Shown here piece after piece: positions 23,816 to 35,760 of a stretch of DNA of 64,000 bases. The stretch is from NCBI RefSeq assembly GCF_001194135.2, contig NC_068981.1:12603494-12667493 (forward strand). The letters are read 5' to 3'. Position 1 is the first letter of the stretch. Every line of letters begins with the position of its first letter. Source of the DNA: Octopus bimaculoides. Lineage: Eukaryota. The translations under genes and the position numbers were made by a program. The notes beneath the pieces are model-generated. The model was not told where the DNA came from, did not search any database, and saw only the letters and a list, made by a program, of their open reading frames with translations.

Positions 23816-24729
23816 ATATATATATATATNNNNNNNNNNNNNNNNNNNNNNNNNNNNNNNNNNNNNNNNNNNNNNNNNNNNNNNNNNNNNNNNNNNNNNN
23901 NNNNNNNNNNNNNNNNNNNNNNNNNNNNNNNNNNNNNNNNNNNNNNNNNNNNNNNNNNNNNNNNNNNNNNNNNNNNNNNNNNNNNNNNNNNNNNNNNNNN
24001 NNNNNNNNNNNNNNNNNNNNNNNNNNNNNNNNNNNNNNNNNNNNNNNNNNNNNNNNNNNNNNNNNNNNNNNNNNNNNNNNNNNNNNNNNNNNNNNNNNNN
24101 NNNNNNNNNNNNNNNNNNNNNNNNNNNNNNNNNNNNNNNNNNNNNNNNNNNNNNNNNNNNNNNNNNNNNNNNNNNNNNNNNNNNNNNNNNNNNNNNNNNN
24201 NNNNNNNNNNNNNNNNNNNNNNNNNNNNNNNNNNNNNNNNNNNNNNNNNNNNNNNNNNNNNNNNNNNNNNNNNNNNNNNNNNNNNNNNNNNNNNNNNNNN
24301 NNNNNNNNNNNNNNNNNNNNNNNNNNNNNNNNNNNNNNNNNNNNNNNNNNNNNNNNNNNNNNNNNNNNNNNNNNNNNNNNNNNNNNNNNNNNNNNNNNNN
24401 NNNNNNNNNNNNNNNNNNNNNNNNNNNNNNNNNNNNNNNNNNNNNNNNNNNNNNNNNNNNNNNNNNNNNNNNNNNNNNNNNNNNNNNNNNNNNNNNNNNN
24501 NNNNNNNNNNNNNNNNNNNNNNNNNNNNNNNNNNNNNNNNNNNNNNNNNNNNNNNNNNNNNNNNNNNNNNNNNNNNNNNNNNNNNNNNNNNNNNNNNNNN
24601 NNNNNNNNNNNNNNNNNNNNNNNNNNNNNNNNNNNNNNNNNNNNNNNNNNNNNNNNNNNNNNNNNNNNNNNNNNNNNNNNNNNNNNNNNNNNNNNNNNNN
24701 NNNNNNTATATATATATATATATATATGC

Positions 24730-25330
24730 ATATATGAGTACAGAACGTCACAATCTGTGTAAACAAAATGAAGTACGAAAACAACTGAGTTAAATACGCT
24801 AACAAGTAGAGAAAAATGGAAAACAGGACAAGTAAACACAGAGAACGACCCTTCATGAGTTGTCGGCTGTTTATCTGCTCCTCATTTCGAGCATTCAACG
24901 ACTGTAGGAGTCTTCAAAGATAGTTACTCCGATAAATTCCAAAATAAAATTTGGGATTTATGGAGCGTCAAATTTGGAAGAAAAGCAGGACAGTGGATAC
25001 ATAGAAGGAAACCGAACGAAAGTAAATATTGAGGGTCGTTAGACCAGAATGAGAGGAAAATAGTGAACGCCGGGAGAAATATATTCTTTGAAAAGAGGAA
25101 AGATAGAAGAGAGGGAAAAACCGCTTAATCTGTAGAACGTCGTGCAGGAAACGAAAGATGGTCACGTAAAGAAAAGAAAGATGGACGATGGTCACATGTG
25201 AGCAACGAGCGAGAGTAAAAGAGAAAGACGGAGAGGGAGGGAGAGACAGATAAAAAACGGTGAAGGGGGAGGAAAATGGATTTGGAGAAGCATAAGGAAG
25301 AAAATTACATAGAGTAGTGTCGTATCAAAA
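24730..25330. mobile_element. Interspersed repeat, Penelope-like terminal region (inferred)
   Basis: Second diverged copy at 21490-22005; class assignment is from memory only. Confidence 0.5.
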
Positions 25331-25661
25331 AATACCATGTCCAATATAAATTATAGATCTAGTGTTGGTAGAAAAAGAGCACTTGTGTTTCAGTAGCATT
25401 TCGCTGATGTACCCAAATCAAGTTATAAATTACAATTGCCATACCTGAGTGGCAAATACAGAAATTCTTAGGGCTTTCCCTTCCTTAATTCTGAATTCAA
25501 ATATCTCTACCACCGACTTTTCTCTTCCTGCTAACAATTTCAATGAATATGCAGAGCTAGTGTGCAAGTATCGGCACAATTAGCATTAATAATAATTAGG
25601 GCGCTGCATTAACAGTATTGATAGTGTCGAAAATAATGTTTTATGTTATGTTGTAACTTAC

Positions 25662-25716
25662 CTTTTGATTCTGAGGGGAAAATCTTTCCGTGATCATCTT
25701 AATACTTAGATTCCTG
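25662..25716 (-). CDS. Candidate exon (R)NLSIKMITERFSPQNQK; may carry a start codon
   Basis: Consensus donor AAAAG|gtaagt; tandem acceptor cttcacactatcgattttag|CAG| (25716 or 25713); open frame ends in phase 0; AAGATG context. Confidence 0.45.
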
Positions 25717-25834
25717 CTAAAATCGATAGTGTGAAGTAGCAGTTAAGTAACTGAACTTGTATACATTTTATATTCGGCGCAAATTTGCGACCCTGTGGCA
25801 ATGCTAGATGCTAATATAAATCGTAATAAAAATC

Positions 25835-25915
25835 GTAGTAGTAGTAGTAGTAGTGATGGTGGTGGTGGTGGTCGTAGTAGTAGTATTAGTGGTGATGGTG
25901 GTGGTGGTTGTTGTT

Positions 25916-25957
<42 letters not shown>
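25835..25957. repeat. (GTA)n/(GGT)n trinucleotide repeat
   Basis: Direct reading. Confidence 0.95.
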
Positions 25958-25958
<1 letters not shown>

Positions 25959-26240
25959 AACAATTAGAAACTTACTGGAGCGTAAAATAATTAGACAATA
26001 TGTAAAGCATTTATTCTATCACTACGTTACCACGTGCTTTAATTATTGATCGTTTGTGAAGTCTCGAAGATTTACAAAGTTACAAAGTCAGAAGTGTGAC
26101 TATTTTCAGAATTGTAAATACGTTGAGATGAGAAACGAATATAAAATATCGAACAGAATCCTTGTCACGCGCGCCTCTTCTCTGCTCATTGTTTACGCCA
26201 TTCTTAAGTGGTCATGAGCAATTCAATATATTTAGATTGG

Positions 26241-26378
26241 AAGGCGGCGCGCTGGCAGAAACGTTAGCGCGCCAGGCGAAATGCTTAGCGGTATTTTGCC
26301 TGCCGAGGTCGACTTTACGTTTCATCCTTCTGGAGTCGATATAAAATTTTGAGCCTTGTGCCTAGAGTAGAAAAGAAT
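26241..26378 (+). mobile_element. SINE family B, internally deleted
   Basis: Head ggcggcgcgctggcagaaacgttagc and tail ccttgtgcctagagtagaaaagaat. Confidence 0.8.
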
Positions 26379-26549
26379 ATGTTTACAAAAATTGCATTGT
26401 TATTTACGTTTAAAGCCGCTTGCTGGCGGAATCAATAAACCATCAGGAAATGCATTTCGGTTTTTCTTCGTATTGCTCGCATTCTGAGTTCAAATTTCGC
26501 CTAAGCCAACTGTAATCCTTTCAAGGACGATACAATAAAGTACCATTCG

Positions 26550-26581
<32 letters not shown>

Positions 26582-27026
26582 TAATAATAACAATAATCAT
26601 AATCATAATAAACGGAAGAGAAATAAACATGCATACATACATATATACATCCATGCATACATCCATGCATACATCCTTGCATACATACAAATTGTTGCAC
26701 TTGTGTTTCTGAGTATTTGCTTAACTGATAGTCTAGATAATCTTAGATTTTGAGAAAAACTAACTCACACGTTACAAATACAATCTCTAAGTGAAAACGT
26801 AAAAGTCTGCAAGACGTTTCCCAAGTTTTATATGTGGCATTGTTTTCCTTATCTACATTCCAGCAATGGAGTTTTGTATCTTCATTAGAACGCAGGTCCT
26901 TCCTGGGAAGCATTCAAATAATCAAAAACAGAAAAGAAATATTCGTATGCTCATAATGCAGACATATATGCGTCCATCCATCCATCCATCCATCCATCCA
27001 TCCATCCATACATACAAATATACATA

Positions 27027-28306
27027 CAAGGGGTGTATGAAAAGTTTTGAGCCTAACCTAGAAACGTGGCTGCTAGGTAGCTGAAACAATTTTTTGTTAG
27101 TAAGTACAGTCTTTTCGGAGTATTCTTGCTCGTTTTCATGATTCTGATATTTTAATTTTTTTGTTGCAGATTTTTGAATAAACAAGTGTTGCGGTTACAA
27201 GGAAAATGGAGAAAACTCAGTGTCGTGCTGTCATAAAGTACCTTCATTTGAAAGGCATGACTCCATCAGAGATCCATGAAGATATGATGAGAACCTTAAC
27301 ACACAATGCTCTTTCAAATGCAACAGTCAAACGCTGGGTAAATGAATTCCAGCGTGACAGGGAGAGTGTGGAAGATGATCCAAGACCAGGGAGACCTCCA
27401 ACTGCAACCACCAAGGACAACCTTGACCTTGCTCTATGTATGATAATGCAAGATCATTGAATATCATGTCGTCAGATAGCCAAGTGACTGGGCATCTCAA
27501 ATGAAAGTGCAGACAACGTTGTGACAAAAGAACTTGAGTTCTCAAAGGTTTCCGCAAGGTGGGTTCCTCGCCTTTTGACTCCTGAACAGAAACGCATCAG
27601 GTGCACTTTGTTCACGACCGATCTGGAACTGTTTGAAGCCGATGAAGAGAATTTTCTTGCTCGTTTCATTACTATGGACGAAAGTTTCACCATACCAGCC
27701 TGAAACCAAAGAACAATCATAGCAGTGGAAGCACACATCTTCTCATACTCCAAAGAAGGCCAGGGTCATTCATTCAGCTGACAAGGCCATGACATCAATA
27801 GTTTCGGATTCTCAAGGTTTCTTGCTGATCGATTACCTTGAAAAGGGTCACACGTGACAGGGCTGTATTATTCTCAGCTACTGAAACGCCTGCAAGAAGC
27901 AATCAAAGTAAAAAGGCTAGGAATGCTCACTAGAGGAGACCTTTTTCATCACGACAATGCTACAGCCCACAGATCAGTGGTTGCCATGGCAACAATTAAT
28001 GATTTTTGATACGACCTTGTTCCCCATCCGCCTTATTGGCTAGACTTAGCCCCTTCTGACTTTCATCTATTCCCCAAAATGAAACAAGCCCTGGCTAGTG
28101 GCCATTTTGCCAGTAACAATGACGCTATAATCACTGTAGGAAGTTTCTTGGAGTCAAGAGTTCCTCTACGCCGGGATAATGGCGCTTCAGCACCGCTGGA
28201 GAAAGTGTTCAGCCATCGAGGGGGACTATGTTGAAAAATAAATCATCAGAAGTCTTGAACTATGCTTTGCATTTTTGAGGCTAAAGACTTTTCAGACACC
28301 CCCTCG
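27027..28306 (+). mobile_element. Full-length (1280 bp) but inactivated mariner transposon with TA TSD
   Basis: TIRs caaggggtgtatgaaaagttttgagcct and aggctaaagacttttcagacaccccctcg. Broken transposase with PRPGRP, WVPRLLT, ITMDES, HHDNA, HPPY..DLAPSDFHLFP. Confidence 0.95.
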
Positions 28307-28397
28307 TACATACATACATACATACATACATACTTACATACATACATACATACTTACATACATACATACATACTTACATACATACATACATACACAC
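28307..28397. repeat. (TACA)n with a 20-bp higher-order period (TACT every fifth unit)
   Basis: Direct reading. Confidence 0.9.
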
Positions 28398-29329
28398 AAC
28401 TGCGGTCTGGTTCTGAACTTTGAACGACATTATACCGAAGCTATTTTCTAAAACACTCTTCAGCTTCTGCAATCTGTTGAAGAAAAGAAAGAAGTATATA
28501 AATAAACATAATATCAAATACAAATTTTAAAATATATTTTGTGAATAAAATAGAGAAAATTGTTAAATAAAATATGACATTACATTAGAAATAAATAAGA
28601 TTAGATGAAAACTTTAGTAAAACCATAAAACAAAGAGTGTCAGATTAAGAGCTTATTTAATATAAATACGGTTAGCATTGCTAAGTCATGCCTGAAGCAC
28701 ATATGGCATACCTGAATGAAATGTCATCAACAATTTTATATTAAAGACGAAACAAGAGATTGCATTTTTACATAACTTTAGCAGATTGTTAAAAATAAAT
28801 GTTTAGTTCTGCATGTGAGTATACGTGCTCGCGTGAATGTCTGCACAAGAGGTATTAGAGAGAAAGAGAGAATTTGTGAATGCATGTGTATGCGTGTATG
28901 GCATGTGCGTGTGCGTGTAAGAGCGTGTGAAGGGTGTTGTGTGTGTTAGCAGAAAGAGTAAGAAAGCATTAATAGGAAGGGTAACGTATTAACATTCTAT
29001 ACTGAAAATGTTACTCCTACCAAGAATTTAATTGTTCTTATTTTATATAACATATATACGCTTATTGAAACACATATGTACACATACATACAAATACATG
29101 TGTCAGATTAGGCAAACAAGGGTGATTATCAATAAATACGAATACGTGAAACATATTTATGCATATATGCGTATAAGTATATATGAATAGTTAGACATAC
29201 ATGTATATACACATGCATGCATAAATATGTCTATGAGGAAAAGATGTCGGCAAAATGTAGTATATGTGTAATATGAAACGAAACAATGCTTCAAGTTGAC
29301 CCAAGTGGAAACATGTTTAATTTCTGAAA

Positions 29330-30170
29330 TCTTACATTGCAGGATTTGTGAAAAGTGGGGAGGTCGAAGCAGGTTGTATGTAGTACAGTCATCGGGTAGA
29401 AATAGTGATTGAGTTGGAAGCATGCAAGATAATGTGGAATTGTCCCTATTCAAACAGACAAGAAGACAGAACATAACAAAACATATCACTGTAACAGACA
29501 AGAGAAATCGAATTTGCTTATTGATTCACCCACCATAACCATTAAGTACTGTGAAAAAAGTAGGTGAACAGTTAAGAAAAATCGCAGCCTCCTTGTACAT
29601 TGAGATTGCGTAGATTTGGTACATGAAATCTATAAAAATTGTACGTGTGAGGGTTGTTGCATTAGAGGCTGTGAGTAAAGGATTAGACAAATAAATAAAG
29701 GCGATTGGAATGGAATCTCCAGTATATCTTCTACAAAATATATCTACTTTTAGGACCAGGAAAAATTTTGAACATTTTGTGGTTTATAGACATCGTGTGA
29801 ATATCTCAGGTCACATGGAATACTCAACTAAACACAAAAATTCTGCCAAGTCTGAGTCAAGAAGATAATAGTAATAACATTCCTTTCTGTTATAGAACAC
29901 AATGCCTGAGTAGGAACTTCGAACGTGACCATATTATTGTTGCAGAACGTCCTCGTTGGCACTGAAAGAATATAAGAAAGGGAGGCATGACCAAGATGTA
30001 AATGTTGCACACTGGAATCTTTGCCAGAAATGGTGATTTAAAGCTTAAGTGAAATGATATGATCATCAGGTTGAAAGAGTGCTGGAGTCGGAGAAATGTA
30101 AGATTTTGCGGAACTTTCCTATCCAAACGGACAAGAAGTTAGACATTAATAGACAAGACATGATAAAATC
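29330..30170 (+). mobile_element. Two tandem degenerate R4/Dong-type RLE-domain fragments
   Basis: First piece: CEKW..ELEACKIMW..EIA.IW.MK..VVAL. Second piece: LALKEYKK.RHD..HWNLCQKW..VERVLESEKCKIL.NFPIQTDK. Confidence 0.75.
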
Positions 30171-30179
30171 ATTAAAAGC

Positions 30180-30600
30180 AGTAAACAACCAAAGAGATTA
30201 AAGAAGATTCTCATAAATGCTAAATTATTCTCAAGAATAACGGACGCATGAGTAAAAATATGTGGTTGTCCTAACTGCGGAACAATCTTTTTGAAGGATC
30301 AGAATTTAAAGCTAGATCCAACATCACTTGCGCCTCTGAAACATTCTTTATGTAATCAGATGCTCGGGCTACCATAATAACTATATAGGGTCGACAGACA
30401 AATCGATCAGACAAAGATGTACCGTCGACAGCCAACAGATACCCACAATATCGCCAGATATATCTCAGTGAACAGATTGACAGATGTGCAGAACAAACGC
30501 TACCACAATTCCTAAACTTCCGATTACATCAATTTGCTATCTAGACCTCAGCACAAGTACGACTAAATAAAGTGACCTCATTTATCGAAATATATAACCC
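30180..30600 (+). mobile_element. Possible Penelope-like RT remnant
   Basis: TKMYRRQPTDTHN resembles the Penelope YRKPT motif; otherwise heavily decayed. Confidence 0.3.
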
Positions 30601-30908
30601 ATATTGAAAATTAAAGATTTATCCCAACTATTGTAAGAATGAAATGTATACCAATATAAAAAATTACAGATTTACTTCCCCTTTACTAAAAAATACCTTG
30701 GCTACCAATTATCCCTCCTAGCAAATAAAATGTCTAATTTAGAATTTCATCCAAAACTCAAAATCCGAAAAGCGATAGCGAAACCGGTTATTATGTTGGA
30801 AGAAAAAAAAAATCTTATTTTGTACAATGTGTATAATACTTTATGATTCTAATATATTCTTTAGTGTTTTAAAACAAATCTGTGTTTTTCCCTCTTATTT
30901 CATTTCGT

Positions 30909-30984
<76 letters not shown>

Positions 30985-31004
30985 GTATATAGATATATGT
31001 ATGT

Positions 31005-31195
31005 GCTTCCTTTACATCTTTTACTTGTTTCAGTCATTTACAGTTGCCATGCTGGAGCACCGCCTTTGGGCGAACAAATCGACTGCAGGACTTACTCTTT
31101 GTAAGCGTAGTACTTATTCTGTCAGTATCCTTTACTGAACCGCTATGTTACGCTGATTTAAACACGCCAACATCGGTTGTCCATGGATGGCATGT
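31005..31195 (-). mobile_element. SINE family A, 3' half
   Basis: cttttacttgtttcagtca..gccatgctggagcaccgcc. Confidence 0.8.
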
Positions 31196-31710
31196 ACAAA
31201 CACATAACTTCTGATCTTCATTCATTGGAAGTGTTATCATGTACATGTTTTGTTGGTTAGTGTAAGAGATGTGTTACAGAAAATATTCTAATCAATACCA
31301 CAGAAGACTTGCTTGTCAGTTGTTTGACCATAACCAGTTCAGCATGTCCTTTGGTGGCTGACGATTTGTGCATCTCTGGCCACGGGCGGAACTAGTGGGA
31401 GAACATCATAGCCATGCGTTGAGAAAAATTCTTTGGAGTCTGGACAATTCACCTCTGTAAACATGGGGGATTTATTCAACATTCTTTAACAAACCTTATT
31501 CAGTGACCTTTTTAACGGGATGGGCAATTCAACCTGAAGAAAATCGTAACTGGGCCCCGCGTGCAAGATCATGCGCTCGTTATTGTTATATGAGATCACC
31601 ATGTTGCGCACATATGGTTATGATGTATGTGCCTTGTGTACACGCGTATCAGACGGGTAGCCATGATGGTTATATTGGGCTTCGTATAATTGTATCCCAG
31701 TGCTCTCGCT
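31195..31710 (-). mobile_element. Interspersed repeat family C
   Basis: Reverse complement of 7140-7645. Confidence 0.75.
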
Positions 31711-32399
31711 AAAAAAAAAATGTTTCTTTTTCTTTTATTAGCCATGGGTCATGGATGAAGGGGACATCACAAGGACTACCAACAGTTTGTGAGAGTCTTT
31801 ACATGAAAGATGAAGAGAAAGAAATGGAAAACACAGTGAAATGTGATAAAGGTATACATAGTATACAAAATACGTAATTACATGGATGATGTAATCTTCA
31901 TGGTACAGGAAAACTACAACTACCTGACTGACCAAAAATTCACCAAAGCACGTACCTTCTCTCAGCTCCTGTCCTCCAATCTATAGGCACATTCTTAGAG
32001 TAGGGTCATTCATTCTAGCCATTTTCGCCATAGTCACATCTTTTCACAAATTCACAGGTCTTTAGCACTTCCTTATCCACCTTCACTTTCTTTCAAAAGT
32101 TGAACTTTAAAATGTCAATGAGGGCTTGACCGAACAGGAAGGAGTCTTCCTTGATCCTTGCAGCCTCGTCCACCATGCAACCTCTTTTATCATAGCCACT
32201 AGGCAGAGGAACACGGTTTGCCCTGCCTTGTTATAGAAGGGTGGTGGGTCGATCCTCACGGTGGATGTGACCTATGGTCGGATTCGTTCTATACAGATGT
32301 TAAATCATAGGTAAATAACTTACTTTATACTAAGAATAACTAGTCCTGGAAATCTTTGTTACCACTTTGTAGTTCATCCTCTTCGACGTCTAGAGTTAC

Positions 32400-33470
32400 C
32401 CCGAGAACGTTCCTGATATGTCTTTTTTGTTTTTCAAAATTTATTTGCGCTTCTATTAAAAAAAGTCTTTCTGAAGAGGTTTTTGTTATTTCCAGAGTTT
32501 ACGAGTTCATGTATTCTTGTAACTAGTGTATAAATAATGACTTACCCTTCCTTTCTTTTGTATCCTGTATTTAAGTATTTGCACTGCCATTCCTTTTGGC
32601 ACCCATGCCGGGGTTCAGTGTTGTATATATTTAGTAATTAATAATTGTATATAGTTGTACTTGGTTTTGAGATCCTAGCTAGACTTCCTAAATTCCATCT
32701 AATTGAAAATTATTCCAGTCAGTTATTTTGTTAATCGTCTCATCAACTTTCTCTATTTCAACATTCATATTCTGTTGCCTTCAATAATTTCCCACTTTGC
32801 TTTAAAATGTCTGTAGCCTATCAGCTTCCCTGTTCTAATGAAGCCTTTTGCACACCATATCTGACCAAACCTCTTTGCTCCATCAGCATTTGGCAAATCA
32901 TTCTTTTGATGCTCATTCTCATTCTTCAGCCGTTAGCAGAATGTTCTTCCATTGTTTTTAAATAGTTTATTCAGCTGATAATACTTAATTATTTGTAAGT
33001 TTCTAGATTTTTTGTCATCTAATACATCGGTAATTCGTCAAATCATTTTCTTAGAACCTGTATGTCTTAAGTTATACTTTCTGTTGATCTACTTCCAATA
33101 ACTGTTCAGTCACCGTTTTCTTTCTAGTTATAGTATCTAAACTTCCGAGCTGTCCAACGCAACTTCCAATTCTTCTATCGAGCTTTCCATTTTGCGTTAA
33201 TGCTATATCATTTTAAATTTAACTCTCAAGAATTTCTACAGTAAAAGAGGATGTGCAGTATATGAGGTCGTTAACATCGGTTATTGCCTCAAATTTGATT
33301 TTCGCTGAAAGATTAGCCAGTATCTGCGCTTTACGAAGTATTTCATTTTAGATTCCTCTCCAATATAGCAATCTCGTTCACTTTTGCTATTTTTTTCATT
33401 GCACAGAGGTGGTGCCATTGTAAATGAGGTTTATCAAAGGCGTAGTTATAGCTACCTGAAAACTATCATC
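32400..33470 (-). mobile_element. Degenerate R4/Dong-type ORF, pre-RT and early RT region
   Basis: Broken translation such as TPAWVPKGMAVQILK and WSDM; continues the 34990-35760 piece. Confidence 0.55.
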
Positions 33471-33497
33471 ATCATGGTCATCACCACCGTCATTGTC

Positions 33498-34021
33498 ATT
33501 ATTACTTCCGCCTTAGCGAAGGCGGAGGTAGTGTTTGCAGTCGTGGTTGTTTGTTTGTTTCTTTAACCGTGGAAAAGATATCTCAAGAACTGCTGAATGG
33601 ATTGGAATGAAACTTCCAGGGAAGTTTGGCCTCGTGACTGGCACACACGGATTAGATTTTGGGATCAATTCGGCGTTGGCCAAGGATTCTAGATAATTTT
33701 TCCTATATTTTACTTAATTTTTGAGGGGGGTTGGGTTCGCTTTAAGTATTCTCGTTTGTGAGAGCAGTCGAGCTTATATTCTAATTTTAAAAATCATCTC
33801 TGGCCAGGGGCAGATTTAGAGTATTAAGGGCCTTCGGCATAACTGTTTACCGGGCCCCATTTCATGTGTGTTTTAGTAGAGTTAATATGTAGATTGCGGG
33901 CCGCTCAGAACTCCTGGCCCTCGGGCAGTGCTTAATTGACCGACGGCTCAGTCCACCTCAGTCTCTGGCTAATCGTTGGTGATGCTTTGGTGGAGGATTG
34001 CGCTCTTTGAGTGCTCTTGTT
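33498..34021 (+). mobile_element. Helentron-associated non-autonomous element (HINE/DINE-1-like)
   Basis: 5' 12-bp hairpin tacttccgcctt-agcg-aaggcggaggta, (GTTT)n, gaatggattggaatgaaactt, 3' subterminal ggtggagg and hairpin gcgctc-ttt-gagtgc. Confidence 0.7.
33805..33961. mobile_element. hAT-type MITE with 8-bp TSD, nested in the HINE
   Basis: TCTCTGGC at 33797-33804 and 33962-33969; imperfect TIR starting CAGGGGCAGATT. Confidence 0.8.
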
Positions 34022-34035
34022 GTTGTTGCTGTTGC

Positions 34036-34097
<62 letters not shown>
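34036..34097. repeat. (ATT)n microsatellite
   Basis: Direct reading. Confidence 0.95.
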
Positions 34098-34098
<1 letters not shown>

Positions 34099-34139
34099 GT
34101 GATTTTAGTTCAGTTAAAATGTGTTACAAGCATTTCTAA

Positions 34140-34983
34140 AGGCATATCTACTGCAGTTACCGTGGAAGAAAAAATCTCTTTTATGGTAAAATATGTAAAA
34201 ACACCATATCGGACCAGTGTTGCCACTCTCTGATTTCCAACGCTGCCTTTCTAGCTCTTTACTCGTTATCAATGGGAAATGCGAACGACAGATAATTCTG
34301 CAGATTTAAAACCACAGCTTTTATGAAAACAGTCAATAATATTGACCGAGTTGCACTCTCAGACCGCATACGCAAAATTTAAGTTAGTTGTAATATGTTT
34401 GGGACATGGTTTATTTTCTCAAGGCAAATTCACTGCAATCATGTCGTATGGTAAAAAAAAAAGTGTAAAAATACCATATCTGTTAGTGTCGCTACCAATC
34501 GGATTCCGAGACGCAGTGTTTCTTGCTCTTTATTTTGCTATCGGTGAGAAATATCCAAGATAACAGCGCAACTCAGTCAACACTTGGGGTAAGTTAAGGA
34601 AACTGCAGTGAATTTACCGTTAAAAGTTGAGATATGTCACAGTCATAGATAACTCTGGACAGATGCGAAGCCGTAACTTTAAACACAGTTGAGGACATTG
34701 AGTTAAGCTATTAGACCACCACGTCGGAAGAAATTGAGCAGTTTCGCTGCCAAGCAGTGTTTAGACAAAAGCTGTATTTTAGTTAAAGCTACTGCTTTAG
34801 ATTTCTCCAGAGCTACTACTCTTCGGTATTTCCCGTAGATAATGTGCAAAGAGCTAGGAATGTTGCATCTGGGAATCCGGTAAGGGTGGCACTAGATAGA
34901 TATGGTGTTTTTAAAACTTTTACCATACGAGAGAATTTTTCTCCACGATACAATAAATTTGCAATTAGAATTTGAAATATATC
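34140..34983. repeat. Foldback/MITE-like element with a 90-bp unit forward, forward, reverse
   Basis: tatggtaaaa..aaaaacaccatatc..gtgttgccac at about 34150-34240 and 34440-34510, inverted at 34870-34955. Confidence 0.7.
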
Positions 34984-34989
34984 ACAAGC

Positions 34990-35760
34990 ATATTCTAACT
35001 GATCTAATGTTCGCTTATGCCTAAACGCTGCTTGGTGCTGATACTTCCTACTTGCAACCTTGATGAGTTTATTTGTGTGATGTCCTTTGTTTCAACGTGT
35101 CTCAAATCATTATTGACTTTACTTGTCTCTTTATTTAGTCTCCATTGGTTAGCCTTCATAAAGTCTCATATAAATTCCGTCTCTTCTGTATTTAATAGAT
35201 CCAAAATCCTTTTTATTATCATTTGGTCATCATTTTTGAAATTGTCACTGATCTCGATTCTTTTATGATCCATTGTAGTATATTTTTTCAGACACTTGTC
35301 CATCGCTTCCACTATACCACTTTCGTTTCGCGTATTCCCAGCATCACCTGATATTCTTTATTTAATAGCTTCTAGCTCAAGTTCTTTTAACCATCCATTC
35401 TTTCGTATTGTTCTTGCCTTTTCACATAATCTCTGTTCAGTAATTTCAAACAGATCTATTGCATTTCATTCTCTGCGCATTCATTTTCCCCCCTCTGAAT
35501 GGCACGCCACTTGCATCCACTGGGATGCTCCACCATGGCTAGGAATGGATGTATTACGAGCGGTCCAACCCTGCTGTACAGAGGGTCACCTGTTGGATGC
35601 AGCGCCTTCATTATTGGTTCAATTCCCGTTTGCACTGCTATCGTTAGCCATTTTGCTCTCACAAATGAGGTACGGTTTTAGGTCACAAATAATCGGTATA
35701 TTTACCGAGACACCGTGATAATCAGGATTGCCCGCCAAGGTCTTGCTGCCCTGGCTTTTG
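34990..35760 (-). mobile_element. R4/Dong-type element 5' region: GC-rich leader and ORF N-terminus
   Basis: [31 protein letters not shown] is the characteristic N-terminal motif of this RLE clade. Confidence 0.75.

Noticed and set aside
33260-33456. Minus-strand 'last exon' GSYNYAFDKPHLQWHH..
   Set aside because: It lies within the degenerate Dong ORF, and the apparent acceptor is created by the adjacent insertion.
35296-35718. ORFs 35296-35718, 35456-35662 and 35499-35681 as host genes
   Set aside because: They overlap the Dong leader and N-terminus; antisense or off-frame readings.
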